24,914 nucleotides of DNA from a virus (taxonomy: Duplodnaviria > Caudoviricetes). The notes under the pieces were generated by a model. That model ran no database searches. It was given only the letters and a program-made list of their open reading frames with translations, and was not told the origin of the DNA. Position 1 is the stretch's first letter. Every line of letters begins with the position of its first letter. Made by a program: the position numbers and the translations under genes. Of this stretch, positions 16,657 to 24,914 are shown piece after piece. Location of the stretch: positions 1 to 24,914 of IMG/VR virus record IMGVR_UViG_3300017978_000040, one strand, 5' to 3'.

Positions 16657-17632
16657 CGGAGTAACTTATCACAGAATCGCTTTACCTTTGTCTACAATGG
16701 CTAAGGAGTATGCGCTTATAACGGATACTCCTACCGAAGAAATGATTAAGGAGAAGAATATTAATATCTTCTTAGTAAATCGTTTTTGCGAAAACGCTAG
16801 TTTAATTCAAATCCTAGAATGGAAGCAGAAGTACGGCTTTAAATTGGTTGTAGATATTGATGACTACTGGGAGCTATTTACTCAGCATTTAAGCTATGCT
16901 AATTATAGACTCAACGGAGTAGGAACGATTATCAAATCCTTCATTAAGCATGCCGACCTAGTTACTTGTACGCATACTAGATTATGGGCGGAGATAATTA
17001 AGATTAATAAGAACTGCGAAGTAATACCTAACGCTTTGCCATTCGATAAGGATCAATTTACGGCGGTTACGATTCCACATGAAAAGGTAACGATAGCGCA
17101 CACTGGTAGCATAACACACTATCCAGACATTAAGCAGTTAAAAGCTCCTATCTATGCTTTGTCAAAAGATAAGCGATTTGTAGCTAATACAAGAATGCTT
17201 CTTTGCGGATGGAACGATTTTAACAAGTGGCACTGGGACGAGATGGCCAACATCTATACGGCAAACGAAAGGCTAGATTACAAGATACTTGAGAGCTTGC
17301 CAGTTGATTTGTATATGAACCATTATGCGGAGGCAGATATGCTGGTAACTCCTTTGCTTGATAATAAATTTAACAAGCTAAAGTCTAACCTAAAAGCATT
17401 GGAAGCTGGAGCAAAGAACATTCCTATTCTTGCAATGAAGCGCGATCCTTACGCAGACATTCCAACTATCTATCAAGTCTACGACTGGGAGAAGGACATA
17501 AAGCGAATGGCAGAGAGTAAAGATATGCGAGAGGATTGGGGATATAGTAATGGCGAATACGTTAGAAAGCATTTTGACTTATTTAAAATTAACGAGTCAA
17601 GAACGGCTATTTATAATAAACTATTAAGCTAA
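16589..17632 (+). CDS. GT-B fold glycosyltransferase (GT4-like); start may be 16613
   Basis: SGVTYHRIALP, VVDIDDYW, ADLVTCT, VIPNAL, and C-terminal PLLDNKFNKLKSNLKALEAG nucleotide-sugar-binding motif. Confidence 0.85.
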   Translation: MQFNQSKQMSNQLRILGSGSRHSGVTYHRIALPLSTMAKEYALITDTPTEEMIKEKNINIFLVNRFCENASLIQILEWKQKYGFKLVVDIDDYWELFTQHLSYANYRLNGVGTIIKSFIKHADLVTCTHTRLWAEIIKINKNCEVIPNALPFDKDQFTAVTIPHEKVTIAHTGSITHYPDIKQLKAPIYALSKDKRFVANTRMLLCGWNDFNKWHWDEMANIYTANERLDYKILESLPVDLYMNHYAEADMLVTPLLDNKFNKLKSNLKALEAGAKNIPILAMKRDPYADIPTIYQVYDWEKDIKRMAESKDMREDWGYSNGEYVRKHFDLFKINESRTAIYNKLLS

Positions 17633-18060
17633 TGCCAGTAATTAAATGCAGTAACGGAAAATACAGAATCGGTAACGGAGCTTGCGTGTATGACACAGAA
17701 GAGAAAGCTACGGAAGTTTGGCAGGCAATACTTGCTACTGGCCAATTTGTAGATAGTTATAACGACTATCCAGAAGCTGCGGTTAATAACGCTAGGCGAG
17801 CGGTAGAATATGCGAGTAAGAATGGATGGGGAGATTGTGGTACGCTAGTTGGTAAAGCAAGAGCAAGCCAATTAGCAAAGCGCGAGAATATCACTAGAGA
17901 CACGATTGCAAGAATGGCTTCATTTAAAAGACATCAGCAATACAAAGATGTACCTTACGATGAAGGATGCGGAGGCTTGATGTGGGATGCTTGGGGCGGA
18001 ACGGAAGGAATAGAGTGGGCAATTAGAAAACTAGAGCAAATAGATAATGCAGGCAACTGA
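17632..18060 (+). CDS. Phage hypothetical protein, probably virion/morphogenesis associated
   Basis: The SYNDYPEAAVNNARRA...CGTLVGKARASQLA...LMWDAWGG...WAIRKL module is recalled from head-morphogenesis regions of aquatic phages. Confidence 0.55.
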   Translation: MPVIKCSNGKYRIGNGACVYDTEEKATEVWQAILATGQFVDSYNDYPEAAVNNARRAVEYASKNGWGDCGTLVGKARASQLAKRENITRDTIARMASFKRHQQYKDVPYDEGCGGLMWDAWGGTEGIEWAIRKLEQIDNAGN

Positions 18061-18580
18061 CAAAGAGTTCTTCGATCACGAAATGAGCATAGGAGTAAAT
18101 CCAGAGAATCCTGAATACTTTATGCTTATGGATGGGACTGCAAACATAATCAAGAATTATGCTAGAAACATAATCGAGATAGGCGCAGGAATGGGAACTC
18201 TTGGCGAGTGCTTGATTCATAAGGGATGTGATTACTACGGAATCGAACCGAACAAATATCATAGGGACTTTGCAAAGACTAGAGGCATAGAGCTTCACGA
18301 TTTAGGAGGCTATCCTAGCCATGCGCAAATGATTGTAAGCATAGAAGTCCTAGAGCATTTAACAGACGAGCAGATAAACGAATACTTAGAAAGCATTGAA
18401 GCGGACTATTTCTATTTGTCTTCTACTCCTTATGAAACAACGCCAGAGTTTGATGCTTGGTGGGGGCATATTAATATTAAATCAGTAGACGAGTGGATAG
18501 CGTTCTTTGCGGAGTACGGATACTCTGTACATAAGAAATTAAACATACCTACTGACTGGTCAATACTATTTAAAAAATAA
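18047..18580 (+). CDS. Class I SAM-dependent methyltransferase (small-molecule/glycan type)
   Basis: Motif I IIEIGAGMG, YGIEPN, SIEVLEHL and STP...HIN. No DPPY/NPPY or PC DNA-methyltransferase catalytic motif. Confidence 0.85.
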   Translation: MQATDKEFFDHEMSIGVNPENPEYFMLMDGTANIIKNYARNIIEIGAGMGTLGECLIHKGCDYYGIEPNKYHRDFAKTRGIELHDLGGYPSHAQMIVSIEVLEHLTDEQINEYLESIEADYFYLSSTPYETTPEFDAWWGHINIKSVDEWIAFFAEYGYSVHKKLNIPTDWSILFKK

Positions 18581-19008
18581 TGGCAAGAACACCGAAAGAC
18601 ATAGACGAAGAGAAGTTACTTGAGTGGGCAGATATTTATATAGATTTCTGCTTAAACCATTCTAAGGAGGTAGCTACTGCTTCGGGCGTAAAGCTGATCA
18701 AAGAGCGACACTTGCCAACGATTAACTACTTTCTTTTAATTTGGCTACCAAGACAGAACTTTGAGTTTTACAAGCGAGCAAGCTACTACAATATCTTGAA
18801 CGATAGCAATCATCCTATGCACAAAGCAGTAAAGCACATAGATGAAATGTTTAGAGCTTTAGCGGCAGACGTAGTAGCAAACGAAGGTAAAGGTATATTC
18901 TATGCTAAGAACCTTTTAGGATGGACAGACAGAGCGAAGAACGAGGAGAAACAAGAAGTTATTATAAGCTTTGCAAACGAAGATAACACTTCCCAAGCCG
19001 CACAATAA
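18580..19008 (+). CDS. terS: Terminase small subunit
   Basis: 142 aa, MARTPK start, PTI and GIFYAKNLLGWTDR segments; directly upstream of terL. Confidence 0.7.
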   Translation: MARTPKDIDEEKLLEWADIYIDFCLNHSKEVATASGVKLIKERHLPTINYFLLIWLPRQNFEFYKRASYYNILNDSNHPMHKAVKHIDEMFRALAADVVANEGKGIFYAKNLLGWTDRAKNEEKQEVIISFANEDNTSQAAQ

Positions 19009-20143
19009 TCAAGCCAAAGTATTAAACTCTAAGGCTAGGTTTAAGGTGCTTATGTCTGGGCGTAGATGGGGTAAGTCCCTAATATGCCAGGTCATTACTT
19101 GCATCGAAGCGATGAAGGGCGGAAGAGTAGCGTACATTACTCCTACTTACCAGCTTGCAAAGGTATTCTTTGACGAGTTAGCTAGACTACTTCCTAGCAA
19201 TGTAGCAACGGCTAACAGATCAGACCTGACATTTAAGCTAATAAGCGGAGGCACTATCCGTTTCTTTACTGGCGAAAGGCTAGATAATCTACGCGGTTTA
19301 AAATTCCATTATGCAATTATTGATGAGGCATCATTCATTCCTAATCTAGAAGATGGATGGCAGAACTCAATACGGCCAACGCTTACCGACTATCAAGGCA
19401 AGGCTATCTTTCTATCAACTCCTAAAGGCAAGAACTTTTTCTATTCGCTTTTCCTAAAAGGCATGGAAGCTAACGATGAATGGGAGAGCTTTAAATATAC
19501 AAGCTATGATAATCCATATATCTTAGATGCGGAGATAGATGCAGCAAGAGCGGAACTTCCTACGGTAGTATTTGAGCAGGAATACATGGCGAATCCAGCA
19601 GAGAACTCTGCGAATCCATTTGGAAGCCAAGCTATTTTAAAATGCGTTTCCGCAATGTCAACTAATCCAGTTAAATGCTACGGAATTGACTTAGCTAAGT
19701 ATAATGACTGGACTGTAATTATCGGCCTTGACAACGCAGGGAATGTAGCTTATTTTGAACGCTTTCAATCTGATTGGGCAAGCACACAGAATAAGATTCG
19801 TAACTTGCCTAAAGCTCCAATGATAATAGATGCGACTGGAGTAGGCGATCCCATAGTAGAACAACTGCAAAGAGAAGGCTTAGATGTGGAGGCGTTTAAG
19901 TTTACAAGCCAAAGCAAGCAAGAGATTATGCTTGGCCTTCAGGTAGCAATCCACCAGGAGAGAATCCACTATCCAGATGGCATGATTAAAGAGGAGCTTG
20001 AGATATTTGAATATCAGTATAGTGCAAACGGAGTAAAGTACTCTGCGCCTACTGGCTTTCATGACGATACAGTTTGCGCACTAGCTATGGCTTGGCGTAA
20101 GTTTGATTTCAAATCTGGAAGCGGAAGGTACAATTTTTCTTAA
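18971..20143 (+). CDS. terL: Terminase large subunit (TTG start)
   Basis: Walker A GRRWGKS, Walker B AIIDEA, STPKG coupling motif, and nuclease motifs GIDLA, DATGVG and HDDTVCALAMA. Confidence 0.95.
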   Translation: MQTKITLPKPHNNQAKVLNSKARFKVLMSGRRWGKSLICQVITCIEAMKGGRVAYITPTYQLAKVFFDELARLLPSNVATANRSDLTFKLISGGTIRFFTGERLDNLRGLKFHYAIIDEASFIPNLEDGWQNSIRPTLTDYQGKAIFLSTPKGKNFFYSLFLKGMEANDEWESFKYTSYDNPYILDAEIDAARAELPTVVFEQEYMANPAENSANPFGSQAILKCVSAMSTNPVKCYGIDLAKYNDWTVIIGLDNAGNVAYFERFQSDWASTQNKIRNLPKAPMIIDATGVGDPIVEQLQREGLDVEAFKFTSQSKQEIMLGLQVAIHQERIHYPDGMIKEELEIFEYQYSANGVKYSAPTGFHDDTVCALAMAWRKFDFKSGSGRYNFS

Positions 20144-20161
20144 TAGCTATTTATTAACGAT

Positions 20162-20851
20162 ATGAACTGGAGTGATGTAACATTATGGCAATATCAGCAA
20201 ATTGAAAATCTTCTTTCTAAAAAAGAAGGAGACACAGAGCTTGATTTGGCAGTAAAAACTTTGGCAATTTTAACCAACAGAACAGAAGCGCAGATAGATT
20301 CGCTTTCTATTACTGAATTAAAAGAGCAATTAAAAGGTATTGAATTTATTACAACTTCAAAGCCAGAACCAAAGCCAAAGGATTTTATTAAGATAGGAAA
20401 TAAAAGATATAGATGTATCTATGACATTAGGAAAATGCCTTATGCTAGATATGTAGAAACTAAGTATTTTGGCGCAGATGTTACTAACAATTTGCATAAG
20501 ATTGCAGCTTCTATGATTATGCCAATGAAATGGACATGGAGAGGCTGGAAGTTAGCTAAGTACGATGCAAGCAAACATGATGAATATGCGCAAGATTTAT
20601 TAGGTGCGCCATTTGAATCTGTTTATGGTAGCGTGGTTTTTTTTTGTCAAGTCTTCGCAGACTCGATAATGAATTTAAGGGATTATTTCAAGGAGGAGAT
20701 GATCAAATCGGGAATGAATCCGATAGAGGCAGAGATGACGGTGCAGGATTTATGCGCCAATATGGATGGATTTATCAAGCTTCGCTCATCGCTGACCATG
20801 AAAAAATCAGATTGGAAGAAGTATACGAATTACCTACCATTCATGCGTTAA
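20162..20851 (+). CDS. Probable tail assembly chaperone, unshifted (0-frame) product
   Basis: 229 aa; contains a slippery T9 tract (20637-20645) at GSVVFF. Confidence 0.6.
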   Translation: MNWSDVTLWQYQQIENLLSKKEGDTELDLAVKTLAILTNRTEAQIDSLSITELKEQLKGIEFITTSKPEPKPKDFIKIGNKRYRCIYDIRKMPYARYVETKYFGADVTNNLHKIAASMIMPMKWTWRGWKLAKYDASKHDEYAQDLLGAPFESVYGSVVFFCQVFADSIMNLRDYFKEEMIKSGMNPIEAEMTVQDLCANMDGFIKLRSSLTMKKSDWKKYTNYLPFMR

Positions 20852-20925
20852 ACGATTTAAGTTATATTAAGAGCAAGAATGCTCACGACTTAGAACAACA
20901 GAAAAAGATTTATGCCAAGTATTAG
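20644..20925 (+). CDS. -1 frameshift extension of the 20162 gene (fusion ~254 aa)
   Basis: The -1 frame continues from the T tract, encodes a protein-like FMRQYGWIY...EEVYELP...LSYIK segment, and its stop overlaps the next gene start at 20912. Confidence 0.65.
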   Translation: MSSLRRLDNEFKGLFQGGDDQIGNESDRGRDDGAGFMRQYGWIYQASLIADHEKIRLEEVYELPTIHALNDLSYIKSKNAHDLEQQKKIYAKY

Positions 20926-21598
20926 TCAAGCGCAAGCTTCTTTAGGTAGCAATTTTGACATAGGAGGAATAGCAAGGCAAGCTGCTCCAGAGTTAAATAA
21001 TGTCGAAAGAATAATGCTTGAGTATAGCGATAAATTTATCGAGTTAGCTTTACAAAGAATAAGGCAAAGAAAAAAGGTAGATACTGGTAACTTAGAAAAT
21101 ATAATTAGAACTGCAATAGTTCAAGATGGTTCTAAATATAGCTTAACTATTGGTTACGAAAAAAGTAATCCAGCTTCTGAGTATTATGATTTTCAGAATA
21201 AAGGAGTTAAAGGAATCAAAAGCAAGCAGCCTAGTTCTAGTCCTTATTCTTATCGTAAATTAAGCGTTTCCGCTAAAATGGTTAATGCTTTAATGCAATG
21301 GTATTTAAGGCATAAGAATTACATTAAAAACGAAGACCAACGTAAAGCACTAACGCCATTACAACAAAAGAGAAAGACATTAGGTCAAGCGGCTAATCCT
21401 CAAAAAAGATTAAAACAAATAGCTACTAATACGGCTAAGGCAATTAAAAAGAGAGGTATGCCAAGAATAGGATTCTTTGACGATAATTTAGATAAAGCAT
21501 TTGGTAAGGATTTTCAAGAGAAACTAGCAAGAGCTTTAGGACAAGATATAGTATTAAATATTAGACAAAATTTCGGTAATGGCAATAACAGTAAATAG
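20912..21598 (+). CDS. Probable tail completion/neck protein (HK97 gp10-like)
   Basis: Basic 228-aa protein with DTGNL, YYDFQNKGVKG and IKKRGMPRIGFF segments. Confidence 0.5.
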   Translation: MPSISQAQASLGSNFDIGGIARQAAPELNNVERIMLEYSDKFIELALQRIRQRKKVDTGNLENIIRTAIVQDGSKYSLTIGYEKSNPASEYYDFQNKGVKGIKSKQPSSSPYSYRKLSVSAKMVNALMQWYLRHKNYIKNEDQRKALTPLQQKRKTLGQAANPQKRLKQIATNTAKAIKKRGMPRIGFFDDNLDKAFGKDFQEKLARALGQDIVLNIRQNFGNGNNSK

Positions 21599-22715
21599 CG
21601 AGCCAGCTTCTTATTCATCAGCGCACGATTCGCTCTGGTTTGTAGTAAGTTCTAACAACTCCACAGAAACAAATTTCAAATATGTATTTGATATACAAGT
21701 TGGCGGCGCGACAGTTGCCACAGTTAAAAATTTCCCAGACGAAGGCGGATATGGTGTATTTGATGCAGCTCCAATTATCAGAAACTATTTCGCTAGTGGA
21801 TTTAGCACGAGCGGAAGTAGTCTACTGCAATACGCAGATGGTTTTCTCCATGTCGACTATACGATAATTTTTGGAGAAGAGTACGGAGGTACTACTTACA
21901 CAAACTTAACTTCTAAGGTAGGTAAGGGATGGAATTACGCAGTTGATCCATTCCATAATTCTATCAGCGCTTATGCAAATAAGTTCTTAACTACAAGAGA
22001 CAGAACTGCTGGATTAGTAATGCCAGGCGAGAAATTCTACGTTACTTATTTTAATGCAGACTCTGCAAACGTTACGGCTACAATTCAGAAGCTAAAAGAA
22101 GACGGCACTAATGACGGCAACTCTGCTACTGGTTCTGGATTAGGTACTAATCATGGTTTAATATTAGACTTATCTTTCTATGCAATTAATCAATATTTGG
22201 GAAGTAACTTTATTAGTACTTCTACTTATGCTTGGCGAGTTACTGTCGGATCGGACTCGATGGTAGTTAAGCAAGCTTGCGCCCCTAGATTTACTCCAGT
22301 GCAGTTAGTATTCCAGAATAAATTTGGCGGATACGATTCGTTTATCTTTAGACTTTTGTCAAGAGAAAGCCAACGAGTAGAAAGGTCTACTTATAAGTCT
22401 AATGAATATCGCAGAGTGGGTACGGCTATGAGTTACAAGGCAAGCTCAGGAGTTCACTTTGGAGGCAATCAAGCTTTTGCTGGTAATGTTCAATATGGAT
22501 ACAAGGTAGTATCTGATTATTTAAGCGCTACTGATTACCAACTAGGTTCTCAATTAATAGCAAGCAACGAAGCGTATTTGTATAAAGGAGACGATTACCT
22601 TCCAATTATTATGCGCGAGACAAGCTGGGAAGAAAAGAATGATACGGCTGACAAGATGTTTAATTACGAATTAAACTTTGATTTAGGAGTCAAACAACAA
22701 ACGCAATATAGATGA
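21579..22715 (+). CDS. Tail/baseplate structural protein
   Basis: 378-aa beta-rich protein with an FQNKFGGYDSFIF motif, in the tail module. Confidence 0.6.
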   Translation: MAITVNSEPASYSSAHDSLWFVVSSNNSTETNFKYVFDIQVGGATVATVKNFPDEGGYGVFDAAPIIRNYFASGFSTSGSSLLQYADGFLHVDYTIIFGEEYGGTTYTNLTSKVGKGWNYAVDPFHNSISAYANKFLTTRDRTAGLVMPGEKFYVTYFNADSANVTATIQKLKEDGTNDGNSATGSGLGTNHGLILDLSFYAINQYLGSNFISTSTYAWRVTVGSDSMVVKQACAPRFTPVQLVFQNKFGGYDSFIFRLLSRESQRVERSTYKSNEYRRVGTAMSYKASSGVHFGGNQAFAGNVQYGYKVVSDYLSATDYQLGSQLIASNEAYLYKGDDYLPIIMRETSWEEKNDTADKMFNYELNFDLGVKQQTQYR

Positions 22716-24871
22716 TAACTGAAATATTAATCGAAGGCAGTAGATTAGATTTGTTTGACGATATAGGCGCAGAGTTAAATTATGCCATTGATGACATTAA
22801 GGACTTTGCTTCTAGGAATACAAACTACTCAAAGACCATAACACTACCAGGCAATGCAAATAACAATAAGGTCTTTGGCCACATTTACAATTTTGCTAGT
22901 GCTAATAATTATTTCGTTAGCGATCCTAATCTTCCAAATGTTGGGTACAATTTTGATCCAACTCGTCAAGCGGAGGCGAAAATCTTTGTAAATAAAATTC
23001 AAGTTTTTAAAGGCGTATTACGCTTATTAGAGGTTCGAATTAATGATGGAGCGGTAGAATATGAGTGCGTAGTATTTGGCGAGCTTGGTGGTTTTTCTAT
23101 GGCTATTGGTAATAGCTTAATAGAAGAGATGGACAATTTTACGCAGTACGATCAAACTTGGACTGCTGATAATGTTGTGGCTTCTTGGGATCCTTCTGGA
23201 GCAGTTGCATCTGGAGTAGGTATAGTTTATCCTTTAATTGATTACGGAAAATGTAAGGTATCTACTAAGGATTATCACTTAAACGCATTTAGACCTGCAT
23301 TCCATGTTTATGAGTTAATAGATTCTATAATTAAAAACTCAGGATATACTTATACTTCTGCTTTTCTAGATACGCCTTACGTTAAGTCTTTAATCATTCC
23401 AAATAACAAGGCAAACCTAGAAGTAAGTATAAGCAATCTAATAGAAGCGAATAGTAGAACTTTTACTTATACTGGAACTAATAGCAAAGTAGCATTTGAA
23501 ACAAATGCGCTTTATACGTTTACGTTAACTGGTACAGATACTTATACCTATACTCCAGCTGCTGAAAATATCGGTAACGTTAATTTGTATGGGAATGGAT
23601 ACATTACTTCCACAAATAGCGTCAAGGTTCAAATATGTAAAAACTCTACTTCCAATGTTTTAGTAGAAGAGATTATTGCATCTACTGGAGGCAACAAAAG
23701 AACTTTTTATTTAAGCAAAACAGCATCAGTTACTTTAAATACTAACGACACGCTTTTTGTTTATGTAACTTCTGCCAACTCATTTACATTTGAGGCCACC
23801 AATTTATCGTTTAATTATATTTCAGATAGTAAGGTTGCAGTAAATGCTACTACTGGCAATACGCTTACAATGAAGAGCCTATTACCTAAAGGCATAACGC
23901 AGAAAGATTTTTTTGCTTCGATTTGTAGACTATTTAATCTTTACGTTTTCGAAGATCCTGAGATTTCTAATCATTTATTAATTGAGCCATATATTGAGTT
24001 CTACTTAAAAGGAGCAGGATTCTTAAAGATAAATGATTTAGGCGAGCTTTTACTTCATGGAGAGCCAGGCGATCCTACCGGATTACTTTTGCTTTCTGAT
24101 CCTACGGCTGACTCGGTTGACTGGTCTAATAAAGTAGATTATAGCAAGGAAGTAGTGCTAAAACCAATGAGTGAGCTAAATGCTAGATTCTTTGAATTTA
24201 AGTATAAAGAAGACGATGACTATTATAATGATTTATATAATAAGAAGTTTAATCAAACTTATGCGGATAGAAGGGAAGATAGCAAGTTCCAATTTGCGGA
24301 AGATAGCTCAAATGTTGAAGTAATATTTTCGCCTTCTGTATTGGTAGGTAAAACTTCTGACGATAAACTATGCGCTTCTATCTTTAGCATAGAAAATGGA
24401 GTAGAAGTTCCTAAAGACCATAACATTAGAATTATGCAGTTTGCGTATGTGGAAGAAGTAGATGCTTGGAAAATAGAAAAGCCATTTGGTTCAAGTGGCA
24501 ATTTGCTTTCTGGTCTTACTTACTACGGATATGCAGGACATTTAGATAATCCTACCGAACCAACAAACGACTTGAACTTTGCAGTTCCAAATCAAGTATT
24601 TTTTAATCTGGCTACTGTCTACCCTACTACTAATTTGTTTACTGCTTTCTGGGGAGATTATATCGCAGAAATAACTTCGAAGGATAGCAAGCTTCTTAGT
24701 TGCTATTTATATCTGACTGTCGAAGACATTTTTTCTTTGAATTTTGCTCGATTGATTTACATAGATGGAGCTTTATGGAGATTAAATAAGATTGTCGATT
24801 TTAATCCAGCTATGCCACAAACGACTAAAGTAGAATTATTAAGAGTAATTGAATTAACATACGCAAGCTAA
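22712..24871 (+). CDS. Large tail/baseplate hub structural protein
   Basis: 719 aa with NYSKTITLPG...NNKVF, YPLIDYG, DWSNK and C-terminal WRLNKIVDFNP...TKVELL, typical of Bacteroidota siphophage tail-tip proteins. Confidence 0.65.
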   Translation: MITEILIEGSRLDLFDDIGAELNYAIDDIKDFASRNTNYSKTITLPGNANNNKVFGHIYNFASANNYFVSDPNLPNVGYNFDPTRQAEAKIFVNKIQVFKGVLRLLEVRINDGAVEYECVVFGELGGFSMAIGNSLIEEMDNFTQYDQTWTADNVVASWDPSGAVASGVGIVYPLIDYGKCKVSTKDYHLNAFRPAFHVYELIDSIIKNSGYTYTSAFLDTPYVKSLIIPNNKANLEVSISNLIEANSRTFTYTGTNSKVAFETNALYTFTLTGTDTYTYTPAAENIGNVNLYGNGYITSTNSVKVQICKNSTSNVLVEEIIASTGGNKRTFYLSKTASVTLNTNDTLFVYVTSANSFTFEATNLSFNYISDSKVAVNATTGNTLTMKSLLPKGITQKDFFASICRLFNLYVFEDPEISNHLLIEPYIEFYLKGAGFLKINDLGELLLHGEPGDPTGLLLLSDPTADSVDWSNKVDYSKEVVLKPMSELNARFFEFKYKEDDDYYNDLYNKKFNQTYADRREDSKFQFAEDSSNVEVIFSPSVLVGKTSDDKLCASIFSIENGVEVPKDHNIRIMQFAYVEEVDAWKIEKPFGSSGNLLSGLTYYGYAGHLDNPTEPTNDLNFAVPNQVFFNLATVYPTTNLFTAFWGDYIAEITSKDSKLLSCYLYLTVEDIFSLNFARLIYIDGALWRLNKIVDFNPAMPQTTKVELLRVIELTYAS

Positions 24872-24914
24872 TGGCAGTAAATGAAACGGTAGGTATAAAT
24901 CTTGTAGCGGACAC
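24871..24914 (+). CDS. 3'-truncated ORF (MAVNETVGINLVAD...), possibly the tape measure protein N-terminus
   Basis: TAATG stop/start overlap. Only 14 codons are visible, so the identity is a guess from context. Confidence 0.35.
   Translation, partial: MAVNETVGINLVAD

Noticed and set aside
832-24501. All minus-strand ORFs in the track (e.g. 832-1074, 7645-7980, 18023-18298, 24259-24501) and the nested + ORF 21682-21867
   Set aside because: They shadow well-supported + strand genes, have no motifs and show no evident promoters.

Overview
This window is part of a tailed dsDNA phage (siphovirus-like) or prophage. The host is most likely Bacteroidota, judged from TAnnTTTG promoters, A-rich translation starts without Shine-Dalgarno sequences, and DUF5977/DUF11-like domains. 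Every credible gene is on the + strand. Order: end of the head-tail/neck genes, tail fibre with S74 chaperone, Ig-like adhesin, lysis cassette, metallophosphoesterase, a non-coding control region (8356-8590), early/recombination genes (ERF, SSB-like), a structured leader and replication module with iterons, DNA methyltransferase, RusA, DUF3310, a phage sigma factor, glycosyltransferase and methyltransferase, terS, terL, a -1 frameshifted chaperone-like gene, and tail genes. No integrase, CI repressor, tRNA or CRISPR was seen. The main candidates for something new are non-coding: (1) a ~115-nt small RNA with its own promoter and terminator that can form 22 bp with the start-codon region of the first early gene, a 40-aa hydrophobic peptide; (2) a kissing-loop RNA leader ahead of the replication genes; (3) a GCTATTTAT motif repeated near late genes; (4) a dual-coded -1 frameshift. 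All family assignments come from recognising motifs by eye, not from database searches.
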